In this document: in pieces, positions 53,061 through 62,776 of the stretch | How the letters are laid out: each line of letters begins with the position of its first letter | Numbering within the stretch: the stretch's first letter is position 1 | Origin: an uncultured Verrucomicrobiota bacterium | Lineage (GTDB): Bacteria; Verrucomicrobiota; Verrucomicrobiia; Limisphaerales; UBA8199 | NCBI GenBank assembly: GCA_964507045.1 | Contig: CAZDOO010000001.1 | Location: 1 to 64,000 of the forward strand | DNA length: 64,000 nt | Direction: 5' to 3' | Program-made: the position numbers and the translations under genes | The notes under the pieces: model-generated | Seen by the model: only the letters and a program-made list of their open reading frames with translations | What the model was told of the DNA's origin: nothing | Database searches by the model: none

Positions 53061-54825
53061 GCCGTGACGGGTTGACCACCAGAAGATTTTGGAGTTGCCC
53101 GAGCAACTGTTTCCGCGCGCTTTGTGCGTCGTCACCGGACCAAAGAGCCAGACTGATCACGCGCTGGCCCTGGTTGCCCCGTCCCTTCCAAACGCTTCGC
53201 AGCCGGTTGAGTCGCGTAACGCCTTCGCTGCCAAACGGTTGCTCGACCGCCCGGTCCTCCCAGCGGCTGTAGAGCACGTGAATGGAATTGTGCTCGTCGG
53301 TGAATTGATACCTGCGCACTGGCATCCGCAAACCGCCGATGTTCACAACTTCGACGGGCGAAACGGAAGCTACTTGAAAGCCCGCCGCCGGCATGCAAAT
53401 CAGCGGGTTGTGCGTTTTGGCCAGGTACGCCGCCGCCTGGCCGGGTTTCCAGTAGAACCAGGAGAGCTGCCAGCGTGTGTTATTCGCCTCCACCCACTGG
53501 AGCTGGCGGGCTTCGTCGTAGCGCAGCATTTTCGTGGCTTCGTGCCCAATCGGCACGTCGCGACAGACGGCGTTGGTGGGCGGCCAGGCAATGTGCCAGA
53601 CGGCCGATGCCGGCAAGTTTGCCTCAATATGACGGTACCACCCAGCAACCCCCAGATCAACGAGTAGGAGCCAGGCAGTGAGTAAAATGCTGAAAGACTG
53701 AAAGGCTGAAACGCTGAAAGGGGCAGGGGCCGGAGGCCGGAGGCTGGAAACTGGGGTGGCGGCGACGCAGCAAGCATTGACGGGCGAGGAGGCTTGGGCC
53801 ACGGGCTCGGTGGGCGGGGGCCGCCTGGTCTCACAGCTCAGCGGTCCAACCGATGCCATTTTCGCCTTTCGCCTATTGGCCTCTGTTTTTTGCAGGGACC
53901 AAGCCAGGCCCCAAATGCCGAGGAAGCAAGCGACCAGAATTGTCACGCCGGCCGGATCGTGCCAACCGGCGATGGCGTCCACCCCTCGATATGCAGCCAC
54001 CCAGCAGAGCAAGAGCGTCCGCGCCAGGTTGCAGACCATTGCAAGGGCAAACCCGCCAAGAACGCAGACCAGACGGCGGGAAACCGAGAGACGGCAAAGT
54101 TCGCCGAGGAAGAGCGAAATCATCACGGTCGCCTGCAGCGACCGAATGCCACTGCAGGCTTCGTCAATACCCACGCTTCCCGTGGCGAGCTCGATCACGT
54201 TGCCCCGGGGCATGGCTGGAATGCCCAGCAAGCTGAGGATTTCCACCGTGAGCGCTGTATTGAGCCGGGTCAGGCCCTGGATGATCGGGCTCTCGATGAG
54301 GTGCGGCCACGGGACGGCAACCAGGAAAAAGCAGATGGGGAAGACGAAATCTGAAACGCTGAAACGCTGAAATGCTGAAACGCTGGCAGGCTGAGAAGCT
54401 GAAAGTTGAAATGGAGGGCGGGAAGGTGTGAGGCGCGTGGTGCGTGGTGCGTGGTGTGTGGTGGGTAGCAGGAGCAGCGTCAGGCCGATGGTGATGAAAG
54501 CCAGCGGCCAAGTGGCGAGCGACCAACCAGGGTTCGCTTCCAGCACCAAGCGCGTTGGGAAGTAGAGGAAAGCCAAAAGGAACAGGCTGAAAAGCTGAAA
54601 AGCTGAGAAGCTGAAATCTGGACCACTGACTACGAAACCGGTCCCGTTGTCCTGTCGTTCCGGCGTTTTGTGGTCTCGTAGCTCCCCTTTTGCTTGCCTC
54701 CAGATGAGGTAGAGACAAAGGAATGGCACGGCCCAGCCGTAGGCGTATTGGGGGTTCAGCGACCATCCGATCCGCAACTGCCCGATTAGCCGGAACCACA
54801 GCCAGGCAAGAGGCAAAAAATACAA
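53047..54825 (-). CDS. exosortase (XrtA-like) fused to a C-terminal EpsI-family domain
   Basis: GNVIELATGSVGIDEACSGIRSLQ is the exosortase active-site region (Cys and Arg). The C-terminal THNPLICMPAAGFQV resembles the EpsI HSPExCLPG motif. The gene contains three octamer-repeat tracts. Confidence 0.8.
   Translation of the reverse strand: MYFLPLAWLWFRLIGQLRIGWSLNPQYAYGWAVPFLCLYLIWRQAKGELRDHKTPERQDNGTGFVVSGPDFSFSAFQLFSLFLLAFLYFPTRLVLEANPGWSLATWPLAFITIGLTLLLLPTTHHAPRTTRLTPSRPPFQLSASQPASVSAFQRFSVSDFVFPICFFLVAVPWPHLIESPIIQGLTRLNTALTVEILSLLGIPAMPRGNVIELATGSVGIDEACSGIRSLQATVMISLFLGELCRLSVSRRLVCVLGGFALAMVCNLARTLLLCWVAAYRGVDAIAGWHDPAGVTILVACFLGIWGLAWSLQKTEANRRKAKMASVGPLSCETRRPPPTEPVAQASSPVNACCVAATPVSSLRPPAPAPFSVSAFQSFSILLTAWLLLVDLGVAGWYRHIEANLPASAVWHIAWPPTNAVCRDVPIGHEATKMLRYDEARQLQWVEANNTRWQLSWFYWKPGQAAAYLAKTHNPLICMPAAGFQVASVSPVEVVNIGGLRMPVRRYQFTDEHNSIHVLYSRWEDRAVEQPFGSEGVTRLNRLRSVWKGRGNQGQRVISLALWSGDDAQSARKQLLGQLQNLLVVNPSRHGTP
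53686..53722. repeat. (GCTGAAAN)n octamer tract 1 inside the exosortase gene
   Basis: gctgaaagactgaaaggctgaaacgctgaaagg, encoding PFSVSAFQSFS on the minus strand. Confidence 0.85.
54346..54412. repeat. (GCTGAAAN)n octamer tract 2 inside the exosortase gene, about 8 units
   Basis: tctgaaacgctgaaacgctgaaatgctgaaacgctggcaggctgagaagctgaaagttgaaatg, encoding SASQPASVSAFQRFSVSDF. Confidence 0.85.
54584..54620. repeat. (GCTGAAAA)n octamer tract 3 inside the exosortase gene
   Basis: gctgaaaagctgaaaagctgagaagctgaaatctgg, encoding FSFSAFQLFS. Confidence 0.85.
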
Positions 54826-54923
54826 GACGGAAAATGGCAGACGGGAAATCGTAGGTAGAGCTAGTTAAGCGTCCTCATAGCCGACGGCCAGTGGGCGGGA
54901 GCCAGTAAAATGCTGAAACTCAG

Positions 54924-56030
54924 CTATTCTTTCCTGAGGACCTTGGCATAGAAGGTTTCCCACTGGTCGAGAATGGGTTCCCAGGAGTAATGTTTGGTGA
55001 CCCGGTTACGCGCCTGCACACCGAGAGCGCGGCCGGAGTCGTGCAGCTGCAATGCGGTTTGGAGCTTGTCTGCAAGGTCGGCTGTGTCACCCGACCGGAA
55101 CAGTAATCCGGTGTCGCCGAGGGCCTCACACAGCGCGGGAATATCGCTGGCGAGGCACAGATTGCCATAGCTCATGGCCTGGAGCAGGGCAAAGCACAAC
55201 CCTTCCATTTCCGACGGCTGCACAAAGAGGCGGGCATGGCTGAACAGCTCGTCCAACAACCGTCCGCCGACTGTTCCCGGCCAGTGAATGCGCGGATCGT
55301 TTCCGGCGAGCGCCTGCAGCTCCCGGCGATACGCCTCCCCGCCGCGGACCTCACCGGCGATGACCAGTTGGCAGTCAGGATTCAACTGCCGGAAGGCGCG
55401 AACCAGGTGATGAACTCCCTTCTCCCGGACCAGCCGGCCCACAAACAGCATGTAGCGGCGCGGTTGCAGCCCGAGACGCAGGATTTCCTGCGGCATGACT
55501 GGCGCCCCCGGCTCAATGCCACCGGTGATGCAGGTCAGGTGTACGCCGCGTTGCCGGGAGTAGAAATCGCACAGAGCCTGTGAGACCCCGGTCAAGGCAT
55601 CCGCCTGCGAGATAGCCTGCCGCTCAAGGGACTTAAGCACCGAGCGGCTGAAGCGACTCCAGCGGCCGCGTTGCCACTCAACCCCATGCATCTGGAGCAC
55701 GCAGGGAATGCCGCGCAGGTGAGGCAACCAGGCAAAAGCGCCGGCGGCGACACTGTGGAAGTGGACCAGATCGGGTTTATGCCGTCGCAGGGCGCAAGCC
55801 GCCGCGGCGCTGAAGGACGCGCTCAGTTTCTCGGTGGCCACTCCCGGCAAACAGGGCACTTGGGTTATGCGTACCCCGTCGCGCTCGCGGACAGGCGGGC
55901 CGTAATGCGACATGGAGAACACCTCAATCTGATGGCCGCGCCGCGCCAGCCGCATCGCCAACTCGCGGGTGTAATGCTCGATGCCGCCGCCGAAATCGAA
56001 GTGCTTAATGACGGAAAAGGCGAGGTGCAA
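54924..56030 (-). CDS. GT4 family glycosyltransferase
   Basis: 368 aa. The C-terminal half reads FVGRLVREKGVHHLV...EGLCFALLQAMSYGNLCLASD, the EX7E-type GT-B motif. Confidence 0.8.
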   Translation of the reverse strand: MHLAFSVIKHFDFGGGIEHYTRELAMRLARRGHQIEVFSMSHYGPPVRERDGVRITQVPCLPGVATEKLSASFSAAAACALRRHKPDLVHFHSVAAGAFAWLPHLRGIPCVLQMHGVEWQRGRWSRFSRSVLKSLERQAISQADALTGVSQALCDFYSRQRGVHLTCITGGIEPGAPVMPQEILRLGLQPRRYMLFVGRLVREKGVHHLVRAFRQLNPDCQLVIAGEVRGGEAYRRELQALAGNDPRIHWPGTVGGRLLDELFSHARLFVQPSEMEGLCFALLQAMSYGNLCLASDIPALCEALGDTGLLFRSGDTADLADKLQTALQLHDSGRALGVQARNRVTKHYSWEPILDQWETFYAKVLRKE

Positions 56031-56213
56031 TAGAAGGAGACCAGTTAACCAAGTTAAATGGTTACAAAAGTCAAAAGGGGCGGAAACCGCAGAGGCTTGA
56101 AGGTGCGGGAAGTGGGTTTAACAGAAGGAAACAAAGAGAACTGAGACTTCATTACCACAGATGGACGCGGATGGACACGGATCAAATCCTGAAATGCTGC
56201 AACGCTGACCGAG

Positions 56214-56519
56214 TCAGATCCAGCCACGAAGCCGGTACCAGGCAAGGCCGAGATACTCATGCATGGTCTCGGAAAACTGCATGTAGCTGCCGGGTGTGGG
56301 CAGCAGGTTGAGAAGTTCCCGATAGGCCGTTTCCCGGACGATGGCTCTTTGCGGGACACCCAGATCCTCAAGCAGCTCGCTCATGAAGCTCGCTTCAGGC
56401 CGATCCACAGCCCCGGGCGCCACGGTTCCCGAGGTGCAAACGACGCGGGGAGCCTTGCCACTGCGGAAAAGATGAGCGGCGTACAACACACGGTCCCCCG
56501 CCTCGGCAACCTCGACCAT
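56214..56519 (-). pseudogene. possible truncated DUF218 (YdcF/ElyC-like) domain fragment
   Basis: LFRSGKAPRVVCTSG and LEDLGVPQRAIVRE resemble the central DUF218 motifs. The N-terminal half is missing and the conserved S-x-N-T-x-E-N is degenerate. Weak. Confidence 0.3.
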
Positions 56520-56672
56520 GGGTTACCGCGCCGCACGCCACCCTTCGTGTTCCGTCCCCCGTCTTCCTGATTCTGTGCCAGGCAGGCTTCTGTCCTCTGC
56601 TCTCGGAGATTCTGCTTTAGTGTGGCTGCTTTGTTCTTCCGCGGCACTTCAAAGGCGCGTATTGATAGTGAC

Positions 56673-57959
56673 ATGCGCTGCATTGCGTATGGATTATGCG
56701 TCGTGCCATTGATTAGCCTTGTCGGCTGTCAGCTTTCCCAGCCGAAGACAGGCAGTTCCTTTTATCCCATCGGCATCTATTCCGTTCCCTCCACGAACGA
56801 CTTTGCGAGCCTCGAGCAGGCCGGGTTCAACCTTGTCGTCGGCCTCGCGGAGCGGCCCCGCCTGGATGCCGCCCGGGATGCCCGCTTGAAGGTGCTGGCC
56901 GCACCGGACACATCGGCTGGGCCCGGTTTCGATCCGGTCAAGGCCCGCGACGCCGTCGAGCAACTCGATCGGCATCCTGCCCTGTGGGCCTGGTATCTGT
57001 CGGACGAACCCGACCTCAACGGCATCCCTCCGGCCCAAGTCGCCGAAGCCTGTCGCGGTCTGAAGGCTCTCGGTGCGCGCAAGCCCACGGCGCTGGTGCT
57101 GTCTCGCGGATACGAAGCGCTTCACTACGGGGGCCTCGCGGACATCACCATGATTGACCGCTACCCGATTCCCTGGCTCCCGTTGGCCAACTTCGGCCAG
57201 CATGTCACCTTAACACGCCTGTCCTTGGGCCCCCACAAACCGCTGATCGCAGTCATTCAAGCCTTCGACTGGACCGCCTGCCCGCATCTCCTTCCGGGCG
57301 AAAAGAACCTGCGTCCCCCAAACTACGCGGAAATCCGCTGCATGACCTACGAAGCCCTGGCCCGCGGCGCAAACGGTCTCTTCTATTACGCCTACGACGC
57401 TGGACGCTGGAAAATCCGCGACCACCCGGAAACCTGGGCCGCACTGCAATCCGTTGTTCTAGAGGTGCGCAGACGGCTCCCGCTATTCCAGGCGGAACCG
57501 CGGTGGTGGGACAAGAAACACGACTTCGGCGATGCCGCTCGCCGGTTCAATGCCGCGCTCGAAAGCAGCGTGACCTCCGTTCTCCTCCATGTTGCCAGTG
57601 GAAACCAACTTGTGCCTGCCGGTGACTACATCCTCGCGGTGAACAATACCGACCAGTCGCAAGAATACAGTTTTACGCTGCCGTTTGGAGAGACGAGCAA
57701 AGAGCCAAAAGCACAGAACAGAAATCTATCTCACGTCTCCACTTTCAACATTTCTGCCTTTTCCGAAGTCCCGGTGCTTGAGGAGAACCGCTCGCTGACA
57801 CCCCGGAATGGCCGTGCCACGGACACTTTCCTGGCCTATGCCGTGCATGTGTATGGGCCGCTAAACTACCGGAGGGACAAACAGGGCAAGCCAGGAAACA
57901 AGAGATACTCGGGCATGCCATATTTCAAGGGTGAAACGCCTAATGACAAAGGGGGGTGA
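56673..57959 (+). CDS. lipoprotein, putative TIM-barrel polysaccharide hydrolase
   Basis: Lipobox LISLVGC. ALWAWYLSDEPDLNGIP resembles a GH-like catalytic loop. Family not identified. Confidence 0.45.
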   Translation: MRCIAYGLCVVPLISLVGCQLSQPKTGSSFYPIGIYSVPSTNDFASLEQAGFNLVVGLAERPRLDAARDARLKVLAAPDTSAGPGFDPVKARDAVEQLDRHPALWAWYLSDEPDLNGIPPAQVAEACRGLKALGARKPTALVLSRGYEALHYGGLADITMIDRYPIPWLPLANFGQHVTLTRLSLGPHKPLIAVIQAFDWTACPHLLPGEKNLRPPNYAEIRCMTYEALARGANGLFYYAYDAGRWKIRDHPETWAALQSVVLEVRRRLPLFQAEPRWWDKKHDFGDAARRFNAALESSVTSVLLHVASGNQLVPAGDYILAVNNTDQSQEYSFTLPFGETSKEPKAQNRNLSHVSTFNISAFSEVPVLEENRSLTPRNGRATDTFLAYAVHVYGPLNYRRDKQGKPGNKRYSGMPYFKGETPNDKGG

Positions 57960-57971
57960 CGTGATGACCGG

Positions 57972-58760
57972 CTACCGGAGAGTAGGGCTGCGTGGGGGCG
58001 CCGGGCTGCGAAAAAGGAGTTCTCGCAGCAGTGCTGCAAACACATGGGACACCGCGGGAATGCTTCGCCAGACCAACCGCCGGGGTTCTGAGGCGATGCG
58101 GAAGAACCATTCCAGCCCTGCTCGCTGCATCCATCGGGGAGCGCGAGGTTTATTGCCGGAGATAAAATCGAAGGCCGCACCCACGGCTAACATCGGAAGA
58201 TGCAACCGCTGACGATGCTCGTAAATCCAGTGCTCCTGCAGCGGGCAGCCGAGGCCGATGAATAGGATCGCAGCGCCGCTATCCTGAATCAACCGGATGT
58301 CGTCTTCGTCTTCCTGCGGAGTGGCGGGCCGAAACCGCGAAGGCTGCCGACCAACAATGCGCAATCCCGGGAAGCGGTTCAGGAGCGCAGCGGCCATGTC
58401 TTCGACAACCTGAGGTTGGCTGCCATAGAGATAAACGGAAAGTCCCTCGGAGGCTGCGACACGACAGAGCTCGACCGTTAGATCGGGCCCGGCAACCCGA
58501 TCCGGCAAATGCAGGTCATGTAGAAGGTTAATTCCCACCCGCAGGGAATGGCCATCAGGGGCGATAACATCGTAGGTGTCGAGCACACCGGCAAAGGAGG
58601 GATCTTTGGTTGCCCGGCTTAAGCCGTGAGCATCCAGCGCCGTGACACATAATGTGCGGCGCTGACGGGCGGCATCAAGCACCGCGGTAACAACCGCCTC
58701 ATAAGTGGCGACCGAGACCGTCACGCCCAGCAAACGGACTTTGGGAATGGAGGCTGACAT
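57972..58760 (-). CDS. WecB/TagA/CpsF family glycosyltransferase
   Basis: KVRLLGVTVSVATYEAVV at the N-terminus. The C-terminal GLEWFFRIASEPRRLVWR is the family signature. Confidence 0.8.
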   Translation of the reverse strand: MSASIPKVRLLGVTVSVATYEAVVTAVLDAARQRRTLCVTALDAHGLSRATKDPSFAGVLDTYDVIAPDGHSLRVGINLLHDLHLPDRVAGPDLTVELCRVAASEGLSVYLYGSQPQVVEDMAAALLNRFPGLRIVGRQPSRFRPATPQEDEDDIRLIQDSGAAILFIGLGCPLQEHWIYEHRQRLHLPMLAVGAAFDFISGNKPRAPRWMQRAGLEWFFRIASEPRRLVWRSIPAVSHVFAALLRELLFRSPAPPRSPTLR

Positions 58761-58966
58761 TGACGCAGGTCCTGCCTAATGTCGATTACTGAAGGCGCTG
58801 CATTGTGCGCGACATTTCCTTTTTCTCCTGCGGCTTCCGCTCACCACTTTTTGCTCAGCGCCTTTTCGCAGGTTTCCATAAGCCCCTTTGCCGCGCGATA
58901 GGCGTGCAGCGCAGCATGCATAGGGGGTCTATGGCCGCCATGCGGAGCAAACCAAGGTCAACGAAA

Positions 58967-60019
58967 TTAACGCCCATTCGGCGCGGCAAATGCTAATGCC
59001 CGGCGAGACGTGGCGGAGGCCCGATCAGCATGCGCGGTCCTCGCGGACCTGAACCAGGAGGAGAGATCTCGCCCCAGGCGCTGCGTCACCGCCGCTTGAC
59101 CCTGGGGATTGAGGTGGATGGGGTCGAAGAACAACTCGTGTTGGCTCTCGAACTCGTGGTTGTAATCCAGGAAGACCACGTTTGCATTTGTGGCCGAGAA
59201 ATCCCGGAATATGAACATGGAGGACGCGAATTTCTCGGGCTCGGCGCGGTTGACGACATCAATGGTTGGAACATAGAGCAGGAAGAGCGTGCCGCCTTGG
59301 GCGCTAACAAAGCCGGCGGTCTTCTGGAACAGGGCGAGATTGTCAGCGTCGAAGGCGATCTTGCGGAAACGGCCCTGACGGACTGCCTCTTGGAGCCGGG
59401 GGACGTCCACCTGGCCGAACTTAAGGTTGTCCCATTTCCGCAGATAACCTCTCAACGAGAGCCAGATAGTTAGCTCGTTGTACCGTGTCAGGCAAACCAG
59501 CCGACGCACCCAGTACTCGGAAGCGGAAGAGCAGTGCCGCCTGACATAGGCACGAATTTCGGGGTCGCCGATGAACGGGTAGAGCAGTTGGTAGGAGGCC
59601 GAGCTAAGTCCTGCGCTGGTGAAAGTGTGAGCGTCCACATCATACACCACCGCCTTAACGGCAGCCGGTTGGCGGCGGAAGTAGTAGCGGATCATCTCCA
59701 GCCGGTCCGCCGTGTTCGCGCCTTCGACGGCAAACTTCGCCACCGGCACTCCGAGTGCCCGTTCCAGTGACACTCTGTCAATGCCAAGGACGGTGTGCGA
59801 GTGCCCTACGCAAAGAACGGCCGCCGGTGTGTTCAGGCCATAATAGCGGTCCAGGCCGCCGATCAGTATCAGGCCGAGCAGCCGGTCGGCCAGGATGAGG
59901 AGGAACAGCAGCGCTACGGCCTTGATGAGCCAGCGGCGGACTGGCGCAGCCTGCGCGCGAAGGTCGGCCACCAGGGGGCATTGTCGAGCCAACTCAGAAC
60001 TGGAAGTAGATGAAGTCAT
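58967..60019 (-). CDS. membrane-anchored protein, possible DltD/AlgJ-like partner of the MBOAT acyltransferase
   Basis: A single N-terminal TM helix (LIKAVALLFLLILADRLLGLILIG) then a periplasmic domain. It sits immediately downstream of the MBOAT gene and overlaps it. The assignment comes from context only. Confidence 0.45.
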   Translation of the reverse strand: MTSSTSSSELARQCPLVADLRAQAAPVRRWLIKAVALLFLLILADRLLGLILIGGLDRYYGLNTPAAVLCVGHSHTVLGIDRVSLERALGVPVAKFAVEGANTADRLEMIRYYFRRQPAAVKAVVYDVDAHTFTSAGLSSASYQLLYPFIGDPEIRAYVRRHCSSASEYWVRRLVCLTRYNELTIWLSLRGYLRKWDNLKFGQVDVPRLQEAVRQGRFRKIAFDADNLALFQKTAGFVSAQGGTLFLLYVPTIDVVNRAEPEKFASSMFIFRDFSATNANVVFLDYNHEFESQHELFFDPIHLNPQGQAAVTQRLGRDLSSWFRSARTAHADRASATSRRALAFAAPNGR

Positions 60020-61427
60020 TGCCGCTCTTGCCGAGCAGGGCGATGCCGATGAGCATCGCGAGGTAGCCCCCCCATCGCGCCAGAGCCGGGACCGGAACCC
60101 GGGAGAAATAGAGCGGGAGTCGGTTTCGATACTGAAGAGCCTGAACGACAACCAGCACCAGCACGAGGACCAACCCAACGAAGGTGGCGACCGACGAGGC
60201 GCCCAGATAGGGGCGAGAGGGTAGATCGGTGCAAATGCGCTTCACGATGAGCAGGGCATCATTCAGGGTGGCGGCGCGGAAGAATATCCACGCCAACAGC
60301 ACGAGGTGGAAAGTCACAAATATTTGCAGCAGGCGCTTGAGCCGATCCGGCACCCGCAAAAGCCGGCAGGCCGCACTGGCATACGGAGACAGGAATCGCT
60401 CCAGGAGATAATAGAACCCATGCAGCCCGCCCCAGATCACGAAGGTCCAGTTCGCTCCATGCCAGAGTCCGCTGATCATGAAGACGGCCATGATATTGAA
60501 GGTCCACCGCGCGGTGCTCACACGGCTGCCGCCCAGCGGGATATACACGTAATCCCGGAACCACGTCGAGAGGGAAATATGCCAGCGTTGCCAGAAGTCG
60601 GAAATAGACCGAGCCAAATAGGGCAGGTTAAAGTTCTGCATCAGATCGCAGCCCAGCACTCGGGCCGAACCCGTTGCGATGTCGGTGTAGCCGGAGAAGT
60701 CGCAGTAGATTTGAAAGGCGAAACAATAGGAGGCCAGGGCCAGCGAGGCGCCGGAATAGTCTCCGGGCTGAGCATACACTTTGGTCACGTATTCGGCCAG
60801 CCGGTCGGCGATCACGACCTTCTTGAAGAAGCCCCATAGCATGAGCTTCAGGCCGGAGCTGAGCCGGGCGACGTCGAAATGGTTCTGGCGGTCAAACTGC
60901 GGCAGGAGGCGGCCGGCTCGCTCAATCGGCCCGGCGACCAGCAGGGCGAAGAACGAGACATAAAGGGCGAACTTCGTGAAGCTCCGCTCGACCGGGATCC
61001 GGCCGCGATACAGATCGATCGTGTAACTTAGCGTTTGGAAGGTATGAAACGAAACGCCAATGGGCAGCAGAATATCCAGGCGCGGGACGTGGTAGGGGGC
61101 GTGCAGCCACTCAAAGAGGCTCCGGAGCGAATCGTTTGCGAAATTGTAATACTTGAAGAAGAACAGAATGGCCAATGTGAGCACGATTGCCGAGACGAGA
61201 AAGGTTCTGCGCGCGCGCGGCGTCCTGGCCTTCGCTATCCACAGACCGCAGAGAAAGTTAATCTCGGTCTGAACGATAATCAGGAGCACGTATTCCCAGC
61301 GCCAGCACATGTAGAAGAAGTAGCTGGCGATAAGCAGAAAAGCGGTTCGCCATCGGAACGGGCTGGCAAAGTACAGCAGGCAGACAACCGGGAAGAACAG
61401 GAGGTACTGGAAGGAGTTAAAAAGCAT
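59994..61427 (-). CDS. MBOAT family membrane-bound O-acyltransferase (AlgI/DltB-like)
   Basis: MLFNSFQYLLFFPVV at the N-terminus. About 10 TM helices. The conserved His is in ISGLWHGANWTFVIWGGLHG. Confidence 0.85.
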   Translation of the reverse strand: MLFNSFQYLLFFPVVCLLYFASPFRWRTAFLLIASYFFYMCWRWEYVLLIIVQTEINFLCGLWIAKARTPRARRTFLVSAIVLTLAILFFFKYYNFANDSLRSLFEWLHAPYHVPRLDILLPIGVSFHTFQTLSYTIDLYRGRIPVERSFTKFALYVSFFALLVAGPIERAGRLLPQFDRQNHFDVARLSSGLKLMLWGFFKKVVIADRLAEYVTKVYAQPGDYSGASLALASYCFAFQIYCDFSGYTDIATGSARVLGCDLMQNFNLPYLARSISDFWQRWHISLSTWFRDYVYIPLGGSRVSTARWTFNIMAVFMISGLWHGANWTFVIWGGLHGFYYLLERFLSPYASAACRLLRVPDRLKRLLQIFVTFHLVLLAWIFFRAATLNDALLIVKRICTDLPSRPYLGASSVATFVGLVLVLVLVVVQALQYRNRLPLYFSRVPVPALARWGGYLAMLIGIALLGKSGNDFIYFQF

Positions 61428-61432
61428 TCGGG

Positions 61433-62710
61433 CTAAGCGCCTTGGCAGTCTCCCCTACACCTGCCGCCGGGGCGGGCGTGCACCAGGGCAGCGGCTCGGT
61501 GGCAGACTTGTTCGAAGCGCTTCGCCACGACATCCTCGCCATAGACGCGTAGCGCCTTTTCCCGACCGGCTTCTCCGAGTTGTGCGCAGAGGGAGGAATT
61601 CGAAGCGAGCGATTGAATCTTCTGAACCAAATCCGCCACGTTCCTTGTCTCGAACAGCAGCCCTGTGCGGCCATCGTCCACAATCTCCGGCAACACGCCG
61701 ATACGAGAAGCCACCACTGGCTTGCGGAGCGCCATGGCGTGCGTAACCACGTTGGGGAAGCCTTCAAAGCAGCGGGTGGAAAGCACAACCATAAGCGATT
61801 GCGCAACAAATCGGTCCAGACTATCCGCCTTGAGGAATCCCAGCCAGCGGACATTGGGCGGGCTCTGGTTGACCAGCCAGGGCATGCGCTCGGTTGCGCC
61901 GGCCACGGCGAACCCCAGCTCCGGCAGCCGGCGCGCTGCCTCCACAAAATCTTCAATCCCTTTCTCCGCACTGGCCCGCCCCACAAACGCGACATAGCCG
62001 CGGTGTTGACGAGCCTCCGTGCCGCAATGGCCCGGCTCAGAGTTAGGAGTTGATCCGCCGTCGCTTCGCTCTGGCGCGGCAGGAGGTTGAGAGGTGGCGG
62101 CATTCGGAGTGATGTTGTGGAGGATTTCCAGTCTCTCCGGCGGGATGCCTTGGGCGATAAAGCGCTGCCGCTGAAACTCGGAAAGAACGATGAAGACATC
62201 CACGTTGCGCAGGATCCGGCGTGTCACCCGCGCCGCCCAACCGCGCAGCGCGTAGCCGGCGCTCTTGAGCCAATTGCGCTCGCAGTTTTGCAGGAGGCAC
62301 CAGTACTCCTTGCCTCCCAAGCACCGTTCGCAGATCTCCCCGTGGCTCAGGTGAAGGGAGTTGGGGCAAAACAGCCGGTAGTTGGGGCAGCGCATAACTA
62401 CCGGGATGCGGCGCCGTGAGCAGGGAGCGAGAATGCTGGGCGAGAGGAGTGGATAGAGATTCTGAACCAATACCAGATCAGGCTTTTCCCCATCCAATAG
62501 TCCCGCCATGCGCGACGCCATCCACGGGTTGGCGATCCCCGTGAGAAACGCCTTGGCTTTGCCGGGCAAGGAATGGTCAATTTCCACCGAACTGCGGCGC
62601 AGCCAGACAACACTGTGCCCTCGGCGCTTCGCCAGACTGGCCAGTGTCTCCAGCGCGTGTTCCTCGCCGCTAGGGCGGCCGTAGTCGTTGTGGGCGATGA
62701 GTAGTTTCAA
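61433..62710 (-). CDS. GT4 family glycosyltransferase
   Basis: MKLLIAHNDYGRPSGEEHAL is a GT-B N-terminus. The C-terminal EGFPNVVTHAMALRKPVVASRIG has the EX7E motif. Confidence 0.8.
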   Translation of the reverse strand: MKLLIAHNDYGRPSGEEHALETLASLAKRRGHSVVWLRRSSVEIDHSLPGKAKAFLTGIANPWMASRMAGLLDGEKPDLVLVQNLYPLLSPSILAPCSRRRIPVVMRCPNYRLFCPNSLHLSHGEICERCLGGKEYWCLLQNCERNWLKSAGYALRGWAARVTRRILRNVDVFIVLSEFQRQRFIAQGIPPERLEILHNITPNAATSQPPAAPERSDGGSTPNSEPGHCGTEARQHRGYVAFVGRASAEKGIEDFVEAARRLPELGFAVAGATERMPWLVNQSPPNVRWLGFLKADSLDRFVAQSLMVVLSTRCFEGFPNVVTHAMALRKPVVASRIGVLPEIVDDGRTGLLFETRNVADLVQKIQSLASNSSLCAQLGEAGREKALRVYGEDVVAKRFEQVCHRAAALVHARPGGRCRGDCQGA

Positions 62711-62776
62711 ACGAGGAAACTGGGCCTGCTGACGAGAAATGCAGGAGACGGAGGCCGGGGGGGAGTCAGGAAGCAG

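Noticed and set aside
53686-54620. Possibility that the gctgaaa tracts, or the other tandem repeats, are a CRISPR array
   Set aside because: The units are 7 to 9 bp and directly abutting, with no unique spacers of 25 to 40 bp. The tracts lie inside coding sequence.
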